Below the pieces are notes generated by a model. That model was not told the origin of the DNA. It did not search any database and was given only the letters and a program-made list of their open reading frames with translations. DNA of 64,000 bases from Eledone cirrhosa (taxonomy: Eukaryota). Positions within the stretch are counted from its first letter, which is position 1; the number at the start of each line of letters is the position of its first letter. Of the stretch, positions 30,058 to 45,085 are shown piece by piece. The position numbers and the translations under genes were made by a program. The stretch lies in NCBI GenBank assembly GCA_964016885.1, contig OZ024742.1:278876001-278940000 (forward strand), read 5' to 3'.

Positions 30058-30829
30058 AATGGAAGCTGAAATGAGCATTTCTTACAAGATATGCTAATTG
30101 GCGGGATGCGAATATGGAACAAATCTACCCCTGTACGCAACATGTACTGCATTTCACTGATCTCAGAAAGAGGAAATATTAAGTTGTTCCTGGCGGGATT
30201 TGAAATGTGAATGCAATATGGGGGCCGCAACTAAGGTTATATTGATCATAATTACATTGTTGGTCACTAGGATCGAAACACAGGCCAATACGATTGAAAT
30301 GGCGCTGTGTGGATTTAAATTAATCGAGGACTAAACAGAAACGAAATATGTAACAAAGGATACATACGTTTGTAATAAAAGGAATTTCCCATACGAAATG
30401 AACCATCCGGGGTAATTTATGAATCTCACACATCCCAAACCACCCTATTCACCATGAGCAACACAGGAACGTGTTCTCACCTCTCTGAACTCTCTAGTCT
30501 ACAGGTACATGCTTAGAGTTGGCACATTCCTTTCGGCCATACACGCTACATTCGCCCACACTTTAATAAATATACTAGTGGCGTAACATTTCTTTCTCCA
30601 TCATCACATACCTTTCCACGTGGAATTTGAAAAGTTCGATGCGGGTTTGGCTGAAGAGGAATGTGTCTGTCTTCATTCCTCTCAGTCGCATTCACCACTC
30701 AATCTCTTTCAGTATAGTCACGAGACTGAAGAAAATCCCTGCCATTCCTAATCAAAAGAAGGTGGTAGGGTGATCTTTACGATAAATCCGTTTTATAAGA
30801 CAATAGCTGTTTGACAAAACTCCACACGT

Positions 30830-32340
30830 CAGGAATGCTCGAACAATAGACGAATGCGTGGAGAACAGATCTATAGGTCTGCGTGATTTGCTGACAGCTC
30901 TGTCTGTTAGTATGTCCTTGCCTATAAAGATTTTTCCGAACCAGCTAAGGATTTCTGGAAGTCTTACATAGTCCCCGGACCGGTAAATACTGGTTAGTTA
31001 ATTCTGGTTCACTTTTAGGGTCTCTCAGAAAGCTCTATCATTATCGCGTACCATTAGACCTCAATAAAAGGCTATTGTAGAATTTCCGCTGGGTGCATTA
31101 CCCATCTGGTAAAAGGCTGTGAGTCCTAGGTAATACTCCAAGTGCCAAGTACCAAGTCTAGACCTTCTCTTGATTGCAGCTCAGTCAAAAAGATGAACCA
31201 TCGAAAAGAGCTCCGTATATAAGGCGACCATGCTTGTTCATTATTTAGAAATATTTGCAAATAGCTTAGCCTTAGCGCATGGTTGTGCATAAACTGCCAT
31301 TTCATGCCGAGCCCTCCGCACAAAGGTGTTGGCACCAGACGGACCAGCTGACAAATTGAACCTGACCCTTCCACAAGAACTGAAAGAACAGGTGCGACCT
31401 CGGGCAATGTAAACTGGTAAAGCGCGATAACATGAAACAAGCGATGTATGTGTTTGCCAACTCTGCCCTACATTTCAGGGATAGCTTCCTCTCCGCCTAT
31501 TTCTGTGTAAGGCTGATAATACTGCTTGTTAGCAAATCATAGATTCTATCCACCTGGAGATTCAGACTAGAACACGGTAAACTTAATTGGTCCGACCAGC
31601 GTCGCATGACACTTTTGAATGGATTGGAATTGCTTTTAGAAGTGCCGAATTGCAAACCCCCCGACTTGTCTACATTAACTCTTGCTCACGTCAACGTTTC
31701 GCAGACCTTTATGAACGTGCCGACAACCTTCATCTCCGAGATGTTCGAGACTATCGCGGGGACGTTGACCGCATAAGACGTCGCTGCCCTTCCAAGTTTC
31801 GATATGAGCAGTAGTGACTCGAGAGCCAGCTGAGGCAGAAAGGAGGATATTGGGCTTGCTTGACGAGTTGAACGTTGGACCTGAAACGGTTTCGATAGGT
31901 GGCTGTTTACTTTGATCACCGAGAAAATGCCACTGTACATTGACGCGATCCAGCCTGAAAACATGAACGAAGCTGCCTGCCTTAAGGACAACCTCTATGT
32001 AGCGATGGTCGCTCCTACCGAAAGCATTCCATTGATCCATATTGATTAGAGTCCTACGACTACCAGGTTTACATACTGCCTTCTCTATGATGTATCGCAT
32101 GAGGTGGAGATTGTCATGTATATGTAGCGTATGTCTGCGCTTTCCATACACTACTCTTGGCGACAAGCGCCAGTCTATTTGCTAAAACATTGGCCAAAAT
32201 CGTAACCTTTGTGATGCGAAGATCTGTCGGTCGGATTTCCCAATGGCGTTCCCATTTGTCGCGCGATCCTCATCAGTGCTATTACTTCCCGGCTAAAATA
32301 AAAAGAAAATTCTCCAGTTCTGCTATTCCAATATGGCTTA
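30830..32340 (-). pseudogene. Decayed Tx1/L1-clade LINE reverse transcriptase
   Basis: Frame-broken motifs IHDNLHLMRYIIEK, LINMDQWNAFGRSDHRY (D.KAFD), VNSHLSKPFQVQRSTRQASPIS (RQG.PLS), YAVNV (YADDV). Confidence 0.8.
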
Positions 32341-32429
32341 TTTTCAAACGGAGCATTAGGCTGGTTCGGCCTGAACAAGAAATAGAATTAAGGTAGTCGC
32401 TCCAACTTAGCTGTATACATATATATATA

Positions 32430-35400
32430 CTAGCTGACGTACCCAGCTTCGCCCGGTAAAACAGATGATAAGAAAAGACAGGTAACAGAGAAAATGACTG
32501 TATTGGATATTTGTCTGGTTACAGTATGAGGTGAGTCCGTGGTGTCTGTGTGATACAGAAAACAGTAAAAAAAAATCTTACAGATATACCAGATTCTTCG
32601 TTGTACCGTTTGTGCATAGTATATGAACAATTCTAGGTGCTCCCACCTAGAATAATGACCTCTAGGAGATGGTTCATCTTCTGCTTGACTGTAAAACGTG
32701 TATCATTGCATAGACGTGGTTGTTCCACGTTTCTCAAAAGGATGATGGAAGTTCCAATCTTTTATATTATATGTAGATTATAGATATAGATAATTAATAT
32801 AAAAGATGATGCTCAGCCAGTTCGTCTTCAACCATCGCAGCACGCCGTCGTTGCTTAGCTCCAGTGTTTCGTTGGTGTTGTTCAGCCAGCTCCTCTTCAT
32901 TCATGGCGGCACGTCTTTGCCTCTGAAATTCGGCGTTCGGATGGCGCTGTTCGGCCCGTTTTTCTTCATTCCTGGCTGCACGTCGTCGCCGCTGTAGTTC
33001 ACTGTTTGACAAAGTCGAATTGCTTTTATTATCATTATTTCGACAATTGTCAAAAAATGACACAATAATATATATAAAAGATGTCTGTCAACGTAAAAAA
33101 AGGTCCCTATTTACCCCCTTCACAATTCTGTGTATATTAGACTGACAGACAGGCACACAGACAGATAAACTGCTTGGTGATTGTGGAACGCCCCACGTAC
33201 ACACACATACACGCATGGAAACGCGCACACGCACGCAAACTTACACACGCACCCGTACACTTGCACACTCACCGATGATGATAGTTTTTACTTTCTATGG
33301 AACGCTGCACGCACGCACACACACATAAACATACGCACGCGCACGTATATCCACACGCACACATGGTAATAGTTACTGCGTTCACTTTGCCCCTATGTTT
33401 CTTCCTCTCCCCTCTCACTCCCTCATTAGCATTATGCGTATTAATTTAAGTTTGGCGTCGTTGAGGTGGGCGGAGTCGTTTGAAACATATGAACCAATGA
33501 TAATCGAGAATTATGACACACGGAATACTGACGTTATTGAAATTAATATATAGACTAGCTGACGTACCCAGCTTCGCTCTGCTAAACAGTTGATAAAAGA
33601 AGACATGTAAAAGCGAAAATTACTGTATTGGATGTTTGACTGGTTACAGTATGAGGCGAGTCCGTGGTGTCTGTGTGATACAGAAAACAGTAAAAAAAAT
33701 CTTCCAGATATACCAGATTCTACGTTGTACCGTTTGTGCATAGTATATGAACAATTCTAGGTGCTTCCACCTAGAATAATGACCTCTAGGAGATGGTTCA
33801 TCTTCTGCTTGACTGTAAAACGTGTATCATTGCATAGACGTGGTTGTTCCACGTTTCTCAAAAGGATGATGGAAGTTACAATCTTTTTTATTATATATAG
33901 ATATAGATAATTAATATAAAAGATGATGCTCGTCCAGTTGGTCTTCAACCATCGAAGCATGCCGTCGTTGCTTAGCTCCAGTGTTTCGTTGGTGTTGTTC
34001 AGCCAGCTCCGCTTCATTCACGGAGGCACGTCTTCGCCTCTGACGTTCGGCGTACCGGTAGCGCTGTTCGGCCTGTTTTTTTTCATTCCTGCCTGCAAGC
34101 CTTCGCCGCTGTAGTTCACTGTTTGATAAAGTGGAATTGCTTTTACTTCCTGTGGAACGCTGCACGCACGCACACACACATAAACATACGCGCACGTACA
34201 TACACACGCACACATGGTAATACTTACAGCGTTCACTTTGCCTCTCTGTTTCTTACCCTCCCCTCTCACTCCCTCATTGGCATTATGCATATTAATTTAA
34301 GTTTGGTGTTGTTGAGGAGTCGTTTGAAACCTATGAACCAATGATAATCGAGAATTATGACACACGGAATAATGACGTTGTTGAAATTAATATATAGACT
34401 AGCTGACGTACCCAGCTTCGCCCGGGTAAACAGATAAGAGAAAACAGGAAAAAGAGAAAATGACTGTATTGGTTGTTTGTCTGGTTACAGTATGAGGCGA
34501 GTCTGCGTTGTCTGTGTGATACAAAAAACAGTAAAAAAAATCTTCCAGATATATCAGATTCTTCGTTGTACATGAACAATTCTAGGTGCCCCCACCTATA
34601 ATAGTGACCTCTAGGTGATCCCACCTAGAATAGTGACCACTAGGAGATGGTTCATCTGCTGCCTGACCCTAAAACGTGTATCATTGCATAGATGTGGTTG
34701 TTACACAATTCTCAAAAGGATGATGGATGTTCCAATCTGTTATATTATATGTAGATATAGATATAGATAATTAATATAAAAGATGATGCTCAGCCAGTTC
34801 GTCTTCAACCATCGCAGCACGCCTTCGCTGCTTGGCTCCAGTGTTTCGTTGGCGTTGTTGACATTAATATATACTAGCTGACGTACCCATCTTTGTCCGG
34901 GTAAACAGATGATAAGAGAAGACAGGTAAAAGAGAAAATGACAGTCAGGCAGAAGATGAACCATCTCATAGAGGTCACAATTCTAGGTTGGAGCCCCTAG
35001 AATTGTTCATATACTATGCACAAAATGATACAACGAAGAATCTGGCATATCTGGAAAATTGTTTCTGCTGTTTTTGGTATCACACAGACACCACGGACTT
35101 GCTTCATACTGTAACAAGACACACATCCAATACAGTCATTTTCTCAAAAGGATGATGGAAGTTCCAATCTTTTACATTATATGTAGATATAGATAAAGAT
35201 AATTAATATAAAAGATATCCGTCAATGTAAAAAAGGTCCCTATTTACTTGAAATGGTTTATACAAATGCCAAATTAATATGGATATGGATAACATGCTTA
35301 TCTATAAGTGATCAGCTATAATAATAAAACAACAACTTATATGACACAAAAATCTATTCAGTAATTTCCAGGCTATTAGCCACTGAGTAATAGACAGTCA

Positions 35401-38400
35401 ATATTGCCCAGAGTTCAACTCGGGGAGGTGGTCTGGTTTGAACTCCTCCAAATGTCGGATCCTTCTACTTCGAAAATAGAATCGTTTTTCTAGCCCTGGC
35501 CCGCCATAGGCACCAAACTTTTTGCGAGACTCAGCATATGATGAGGGTTTATTACCACCGTTATCAGAAGCGATAAATTTGAAGGCAATTTCTACCAATA
35601 CTTGTTGGTTTTTATTGCTCATAACGACATTACATGACATTGAACATAAATGATAACTCTGTCAAAGCTCACAATACTGATCAAAGGACAACAATGTCCG
35701 AATCATTTACGTCGCTTATTGATAGCATTAAAGATATGCATACATCAGCTCAAAGCTTCATTATAGACAATATTCAGGGTTGTTCCTCTGTTAGTGGTAT
35801 CAATTGCAAATTTTATAGCATCAGGATCGCACACTCGAGATGCAGCAACATACAGTTGCCCATGGCTGAATGCTGGATCATTCAAGTAGACACCGACTCT
35901 CGCTTGAAAGTCTGTCCCTGTGCCTTGTTGACAGTCATGGAGAAGGCCAAATTGACGGGAAACTGTCTCATTTGCCAAATAAATGGCAGCAGATCTTCAC
36001 TTGCTCTCAGCATGATCCTCGGAATGAGAACCGAGTTCTCTCTGGCTGGGAGTTTAGCTTCTAAAACTCTTCCGTTAATCAATCTCTCAACAATCAATCT
36101 GGTACCATTGCAAAGACCCATTTTATGATTGATATTTCTAAGCAATATATTCGACATACCCTTTTTCAACCTCAAAATATGTGGGGGGAATCCGGGTATT
36201 TGAAGTGAATTCAGATACTCAGTCGGAACATCCATATTGTTCTGCTGATTAGGCACCATTGCATCTGCACTGACGGTCAACCATTCCTCTCCAGGAAACA
36301 TTCCGGCTACTTGTGAATTTATTTCATCGACCATTGCATTCGTATGAGTTAGAATAACGCGTTCCGATATCCAGGAGATATTCTGCCAAAAAGCATTCAA
36401 ATTAGGGAACACCCAGTCAATCAGGGCTTGGCGGTGCAGTGGCATTACCAAATGGTCTGGGATTCTTACAGTCTGATTATCACCAACGTGTGGCAATTCA
36501 TCGGTCCCAACTGCATCAACCATCGGGCGTATGTCGCAGCCTCTTCGTTTTGCCCGAACATACGAAGTCGCATATTATCGTGTAATCGCAAGAATCTGAA
36601 ATGGCGCCACAGCGGGGACTTTTTCAGACATGCATCGACAATTTGCGCTCTTTGAGCATTCCTAACAATTGGTAGCACCTGTCTGAAATCGCCACCAAGA
36701 ACGATAGTCTTACCACCGAATGATAGGTCACTACCGCAGATATCTCTCAAAGTTCTGTCCAATGCATCCAGCAAATATCTGTGTGCCATTGGAGCCTCGT
36801 CCCAAATAATCAGAGACGTATTGCGTATAAGGCGCGCTAGTTCACTTTGTCCTGTAATGTAACAGACACTCAACTCATCCGGAGCCAATGGAACCTTGAA
36901 GCATGAGTGGAAGGTCCTTCCACCACTCAGAAAAGTGGCAGCGATCCCACTGGTGGCCACAGGGAGAGCAATCTTCCTCTGAGCTCTGACTGCCGATAAC
37001 ATAGTGTTGAAACAGAATGTCTTCCCGGTGCCTCCTGGAGCACCTATGAAAGCACAAAGTTGCTCAGTAGTGTAAATCGAGTGGAGAACCCCATCGATCA
37101 ATTCTCTCTGTGATTGGGTCAACATTGGCATACGTTCATCCACAATACGTCGCTATTCCAGTGGATCAAACTGGAATAGTTCCCTCCGATAGAGTGGCAA
37201 CCGTCTAAGCTGCAATCTCATGTTCAATGCTAAGACACGTTGCCGCATTTCTTCATCAGTAATTGGCAAATTGAAATCTCTTAAACATTTGAAATGAACT
37301 TCAAGCAGTTGCTAAATATTGAGCAAAACGATAGCCTTCATCAAATTTTCATCATCGACCTGAAGATGATGCCTAAAATCATCAGCCATAATTCCTCAAT
37401 GGCGTTTTAATAACTCTCTTGGATCGGCAGAATTGCAGAATCCTAGAATCGTAACAAACAACTGCCTTATTTGAGCTGGCATCTGTGTTGTTCCTGCAGC
37501 TTCCATGGCGTTATTCCATTCAGCGTCATTCTGAAGGAGTACCAGATGTTGACTCACAGCCTGGTAGGTTTCATATTCCACATTGTTTTCAAATCAGCGA
37601 AGCTCTGTTTACCTCTCGAAAAATCACTATGCAACAGAATTCGGAGATAAAACACAGGACCAGATGCTGGATGGACATTACAAACCCGTCCAATAGTCAT
37701 CAATCTCAACTTTTGTTTTCTATCATTCCATTTCTTTCCCTTCTTATCCCACGTATAGTGCGCAGTAGAGTTGCCTTTGATCCGGGTTCAAAGCCTGTTC
37801 CCTATTATGCTTGAACCACTCAGTCAATTCCGTCTTAGGAGGTGGTGCGTTAGCAATTCTTTCGACACCTCTTCTAGTGCCCTGAAAAACAGACCATTTG
37901 CCTATTCTCTAAGTGCACCGTCAGGTTCTGAACGCTGGGTTTGCGTACATTGAGATGAAAATCGAACAATCTCCAGCAAGCTTCGCTAGATCTAATCGAG
38001 CGAACATCCTGGAACCTGTCAACTTCATCTCCTTGGTTCGCTTCCTCATCCTGACATTGATCATTGCCCGATCATGACCTTTGTAAACATATTTAAATAG
38101 ATAGTTGCACACACAATGCTGTCGACATCCTCAGCACATCTCAATTTGCAATCTTTATGTAAAATGATCAACAAATGTGCATGTGGCAATCCTCTTTTTT
38201 GGAATTCAATTACGTATGTAAAAGCAACTATACCTCCAAAGATTACCTCTTTTTCCACATCATCCATTATCTTTTTCAGATATCCTTTGAATACTCTTGC
38301 CACAATATCAGGACAGTCCTTTGGCTGTTGTCCTGGCAAAAGTGCATCCTTAATACCAATCCATTCAGGATTGCATGTAACTGTTATAAACAAATATGGC

Positions 38401-40416
38401 TTTCCAAACTTTCTGACAATAGCCATTGCATCCTGATAGCGAATATTCATATATCTCGGGCAGCTGATGAACGACGATAGCAAAATGATGAGTCGACCAA
38501 TTTGCTTGTAATTGATATCATCGCCTGTTATCGCATCCTGTATATTATTATACAATTCAGCTCTGATATGTTGCTGATGTGTAGCTATATAATTTAGCCT
38601 TTGATTTTCGATCTTTGCGAATGCCATACAACAGTATTCCTGGAACAATCTGCTGGCTTTAATAGTGCATTTCTCTGTTGATTCCTCTGGTTCAAATGGA
38701 ACGCGTAAAAGTTGCGAATCGAATTATTGCGTCTATTGCCACCTCCCTGTTGATGCTGGTTCTCATGATCATCTAAATGAACAGACATGTTCCATCCATT
38801 TTCACCTATTGGGAAGAAAAGAACATAATGCAATGGATCGTATGCCCTATTAGATTCATTGATATTCTTGAGACCACCATCTCTGCGATTGAGGACAATA
38901 TCTCTCGATCCAGGCTTATCGTCCATCAACACATCAACTTCACGAAATCCTTCAGGGGCATTATATCGCCGTACTTGTTGATTCCTTGGCACTGCGTCAG
39001 CCTTAATCACCAATGTTTGCTGCTGAACATTTTGCAGTTCAGCCACCAACATTAAATCCATAACACATGGTTTACCCTGTCTAAGCCATGATTGCAAATC
39101 AGGGATCAAATCACTTAACCTTTGCCGTTCAAGTTCAGTTATATTTCCAGGAAACTTCACCCATCCCATCCTGATATCCTTCTCCGATTCACTATAATCT
39201 GGATCGTTAACGTAAATTTGAGCGAATTGAGGCCTCTTTCCTGGGGTAACTTCTAAATTACCGATACAATGATACAAACGGCCTTGAATGATTACATTCG
39301 GTTGCCATGCTCCACTCTCAAACATCTCACTAACTCTCTGCGATGTTAAAGCTAATGTATTGTTTATTTGCCGCGAATATCTGCGCAGTAATCTACCTCG
39401 GTCTCCTTGATCACCCAACATACTTAGTATTTTAAACTCCGGTGACTCCTCATCATCCTGCATTCGCAAGGGTTCTAGTTGAACTGTTCCTTTATGACAG
39501 CACATTGAGGTCCACGTCTTTTCGTGCCTCCAAAGCAATGCTCCATAATGTGGACAATCTGCTCGTCCACCAATCTGAAAATGACACGGTTGCCATGATC
39601 CATTTTTAATATCAAATCGTTCGCCTTCTAGCCTCTTTACTGGAATGAGGAGCACTTTGGCGACACATTCTCTGAACTTCTGTATTGCGCTGCACTATAA
39701 AGCCAACTCCTTTTCATCCATCGCAGCACGCCGTTGCTGCTGAATTCTGGCCATCTGCTGATGATGCTCAGCCAGTTCGTCTTCAACCATCGCAGCACGC
39801 CGTCGCTGCTTGGCTCCAGTTTTTCGTTGGCGTTGTTCAACCAGCTCGTCTTCATTCATGGCGGCACGTCTTCGCCTCTGAGGTTCGGCGTTCCGATGGC
39901 GCTGTTCGGCTCGTTTTTCTTCATTGCTGGCTGCACGCCGTCGCCGCTGTAGTTCACTGTTTGATAAAGTCCAATTGCTTTTATTATCAGTATTCATTTC
40001 CAGCAATTGTCAAAAAATGACAATAATAAATATAAAAGATTTTCGCCAATGTAAAGAAAGGGCCTATTTACTCCCTTCACAACCCTGTGTATGTTAAAAT
40101 GACATGGAAACGCGCACACGCACGCAAACTTACACACGCACACACTCACACATGTTGATAATTTTTACTCTCTGTGGAACGCTGCACGCACGCACACACA
40201 CATAAACATACGCGCAAGTACATACACACGCACATATGTTAATAGTTATTGAACACAGCGTTCACACTCTTCCCTCTCACTCCCTCATTGGCATTATGCA
40301 TATTAATTTCAGTTTGGCGTCGTTGAGGTGGGCGGAGTCATTTGAAACCTATGAGCCGATGACAATCGAGAATTATGACATACGGAATAATGACGTTCTT
40401 GAAATTAATAAATAGA
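32430..40416 (-). mobile_element. Helitron tandem array: three deleted units (32430-33554, 33555-34398, 34399-34873) plus a long unit (34874-40416)
   Basis: Minus strand 5' TCTATTTATTAATTTCAA, 3' CCGGGCGAAGCTGGGTACGTCAGCTAG; precise 3'CTAG-5'TC junctions at 33554/33555 and 34398/34399. Confidence 0.92.
35745..40006 (-). pseudogene. Helitron Rep-helicase (HUH Rep plus Pif1 helicase), frameshifted, with stops and an internal deletion near 38110
   Basis: Zn-finger CPHYG..MCCHKG; Rep motifs LFITVTCNPEW, VIEFQKRGLPHAH, YLFKYVYKG; helicase GAPGGTGKT, IIWDEAPM, GGDFRQVLP, RQFP..AFSMTVNKAQGQT, FSHGQLYVAASRV. Confidence 0.95.
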
Positions 40417-40640
40417 TTAGCTGTATACATATATATATATATACGCTTGAGAAAAAATGTTCTATATAATTCAACAATTGGGCGTCAGAAAAGAGAAAGA
40501 ATAGTGATGAGAAAGTCAAAATATGTAGCAAAGAAATTTGACAATTAACAATAAAAGAATCTGCACTTCAATTTGGGGTAAACACAGTAAGTAAAGTACT
40601 CAATGCATAGTGGAGTATATACAATATTTAATATTTAAAT

Positions 40641-40735
40641 GGCTTCTACAGGACCAGATTGTTTCATTCAAAGGAAATCATCGGAGCTTTCCTGATGATT
40701 TCCTTCTACTGAAACAGTTCTAGTCCTCTAGAAGC
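40641..40735. ncRNA. Back-to-back pair of type-I hammerhead motifs (PLE pLTR-derived)
   Basis: Plus: gctttc-CTGATGA-tttccttctact-GAAA-cagttctagtcctc-TA-gaagc; inverted copy at 40641-40685; homologous to 46871-46921, 55982-56032 and 63897-63948. Confidence 0.7.
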
Positions 40736-40757
40736 TATATATATATATATATATATA

Positions 40758-41176
40758 AAGAATGAATAATAACAGGTAGACATCATAAAAAGGTAATTTA
40801 TTCCGTGTGCTTACAAATGTTTCCACGGTGGTATCCTCAGAGCAGAATGGTATAATGTACATCTTACCATTCTGCTCTGAGGATACAGTGGTCAAAGCAT
40901 TGGATATTTGAGTTCTGCAAATACTTGTAAATTTGCACATAGCATAACTAGGCTGTAGTACCACCATGGAAACATTTGTAAGCACACGGAATTAATTACC
41001 TTTTTATGATGTCTACCTGTTATTATTCATTCTTTATATACACTCCGGAATACAGAAGGATCAGGAACTAAGTTTCTTCAACTATTCTTCCATAACTCGT
41101 AGAGTAACCTCTTACCGTACGTCAACAATATCCAGTGGAGTAATTAACCATTACTACATCTTGGATAATCCTATAC

Positions 41177-41180
<4 letters not shown>
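40758..41180. mobile_element. Fold-back element with hammerhead motifs in both arms
   Basis: 40758-40851 is the reverse complement of 40866-41035 minus a 75-nt segment; HHR minus 40808-40844 and plus 40873-40984 (tgct-CTGAGGA...GAAA-catttg-TA-agca). Confidence 0.78.
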
Positions 41181-41214
<34 letters not shown>

Positions 41215-41255
41215 TATGTATACGTACATACACTTATGTATACAGACGTACAGTA

Positions 41256-41340
<85 letters not shown>

Positions 41341-41471
41341 TATATATATGTACGTATGAATTCACCGAACATTTATTATAATGATCGGTGTGTTTGTAAA
41401 CAAACATCCCGAATTAAGCCGTACAGAATCTAGCAACCGTCGTTGCTCATTTGTTCAACACTGACAAATAA

Positions 41472-41512
41472 CGCTGTACTAGTTTCAAGCTTATTAGCTA
41501 TCGTCAGCAACG
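41472..41512 (-). ncRNA. Minimal type-I hammerhead ribozyme
   Basis: cgttg-CTGACGA-t agct aata agct t-GAAA-ctag-TA-cagcg. Confidence 0.85.
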
Positions 41513-41740
41513 TATACCTTCCTGCCAGGTGGTTGAACGTCTGAAAGTATATATTATCCTTATGCATATTAACGGCTGAGCAGCCTAATTTGCATATCGA
41601 GTGAGTTAATCGGCCGGGGTACCTAAAACGATAAACGGAAAAAATGAAACGAAATTTCATTGTTCACTCTTAGTACGGCTGTTACTTAAATATAAGTATG
41701 TATACTTACATACACATATGTATACATACGTACAGTTGTA

Positions 41741-41916
<176 letters not shown>

Positions 41917-42068
41917 CATACATACATGCACACATATATATATGTGTACGTATGGATTCACCGAACATCTGTTATAATGCTCGGCGTGTTTGTAAACAAA
42001 CATCACGAATTAAACCGTATAGTGTCTAGCAACCATCGTTGCTCATTTGTTCAACACTGACAAAGGAA

Positions 42069-42109
42069 CGCTGTACTAGTTTCAAGCTTATTAGCTATCG
42101 TCAGCAACG
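42069..42109 (-). ncRNA. Minimal type-I hammerhead ribozyme
   Basis: Identical motif to 41472-41512. Confidence 0.85.
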
Positions 42110-42212
42110 TATACCTTCCTGCCAGATGGTTTGAACGTTTGAAATATATACTTTTCTTATGCATATTAACGGCTGAGCAGCCTAATTTGCATATCGAGTG
42201 ATATGTATGTAC

Positions 42213-42333
<121 letters not shown>

Positions 42334-42894
42334 CTACTGTACGTCTGTATACATATGGGTATGTACGTATACATACTTATATTTAAGTAACAGCCGTACT
42401 AAGAGTGAGAAATGAAATTTCGTGTCATTTATTCCGTTTATCGTTTTCGGTACCCCGGCCGATAAAACTCACTCGATTTGCAAATTAGGCTGCTCAGCCG
42501 TTAATATGCAAAAGGAAAGTATATACTTTCAGACGTTCAACCATCTGGCAGGAAGCTATAAGTTTGTGACGATAGCTAATAAGCTTGAAACTAGTACAGC
42601 GTTCCTTTGTCAGTGTTGAACAAATGAGCAACGATGGTTGCTAGACACTATACGGCTTAATTCGGGATGTTTGTTTACAAACACGCCGAGCATTATAACA
42701 AATGTTCGGTGAATCCATACGTACATAAATATATGCGTGCTTGTATATATATATATATATATTTATTGAGGTTATCACATACATAAAATTAAATTAAATT
42801 AAATCAAGGATACATATATGTGTTGCAACTGTTCACATTTAAGCTCAATGAAGAATTAATAAATTAAAATCAAAAAATCAGAGCATTATATCAT

Positions 42895-43555
42895 AAATCA
42901 TGTCTATAGAATCAATCAGATATTAAAATATATACTATTTCTTCTTCTAATCAGCATAATTAACCATATACATAATCAAATCTAGCAAGCTTGAAGAGTA
43001 AATTTTCTAACGGGGAAATCTCCGACAAATAATTGATCGCAGCTAGTTCGCGGTAATTTCGTTCCATTATTTATCAAACACTTCGGCAGCATGCAGAATC
43101 CGATCAAATATATCGTCAACCGCACGTAATTAGTAGTAAAATTAAACTTAGAAGAAATGCGCACATAACGTAATTATATCTCTACCATGGTTTCTTCCTT
43201 GATGATACCTGACTCAAGGCAAGTCCATATTATTTGGATGTCCTAAACAAGGAAGAAACCATGGTAGAGATATAATTACGGTATGTGCGCATTTCTTCTA
43301 AGTTTAATTTTACTGCTAATTACGTGCGGTTGACGATATATTTGATCGGATTCTGCATGCTGCCGAAGTGTTTGATAAATAATGGAACGGAGTTACCGCG
43401 AACTAGCTGCGATAAATTATTTGTCGGAGATTTCCCCGTTAGAAAATTTACTCTTCAAGCTTGCTAGATTTGATTATGTATATGGTTAATTATGGTGATT
43501 AGAAGAAGAAATAGTATATACTTTAATATCTGATTGATTCTATAGACATGATTAT
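42895..43555. mobile_element. Fold-back element nested in family D; axis at an enlarged hammerhead
   Basis: About 42895-43201 inverted against 43248-43553 (near-identical 60-aa pseudo-ORFs on both strands); left arm continues to about 42765; central TTGATGA[49 nt]GAAA-ccatgg-TA-gaga. Confidence 0.8.
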
Positions 43556-43577
43556 GATATATATATATATATATATA

Positions 43578-43654
<77 letters not shown>

Positions 43655-43879
43655 TACTGTACGCCTGTATACATATGTGTATGTACGTATACATACTTAT
43701 ATTTAATTAACAACCGTACTAAGAGTGAGCAATGAAATTTCGTTCCATTTTTCCCGTTTATCGTTTTCGTTAACCCGGCCGATTAACTCACTCGATATGC
43801 AAATTACGCTGCTCAGCCGTAAATATGCATGAGGAAAGTACATACTTTCAGACGTTCAACCATCTGGCAGGAAGGTATA

Positions 43880-43920
43880 CGTTGCTGACGATAGCTAATA
43901 AGCTTGAAACTAGTCCAGCG
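43880..43920 (+). ncRNA. Minimal type-I hammerhead ribozyme
   Basis: cgttg-CTGACGA-tagctaataagctt-GAAA-ctag-TC-cagcg; a C3-mutated copy lies at 42561-42601. Confidence 0.87.
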
Positions 43921-44190
43921 TTCCTTTGTCAGTGTTGAACAAATGAGCAACGATGGTTGCTAGACACAGTACGGCTTAATTCGGGATGTTTGTTTACAAA
44001 CACACCTAGCATTATAATAAATGTTCGGTGAATCCATACGTACATATATATATGTGTGCATGTATGTATATATATATATATATACAAACTACTGTACGTC
44101 TGTATACATATGTGTATGTACGTATACATACTTATATTTAAGTAACAACCGTACTAAGAGTGAGAAATGAAATTTCGTGTCATTTTTTCC

Positions 44191-44322
<132 letters not shown>

Positions 44323-44323
44323 G

Positions 44324-44429
<106 letters not shown>

Positions 44430-44430
44430 C

Positions 44431-45080
<650 letters not shown>

Positions 45081-45085
<5 letters not shown>

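Noticed and set aside
35398-35640. 80-aa ORF in the Helitron 3' region as a captured gene
   Set aside because: No recognisable motif; cannot be supported without a database search.
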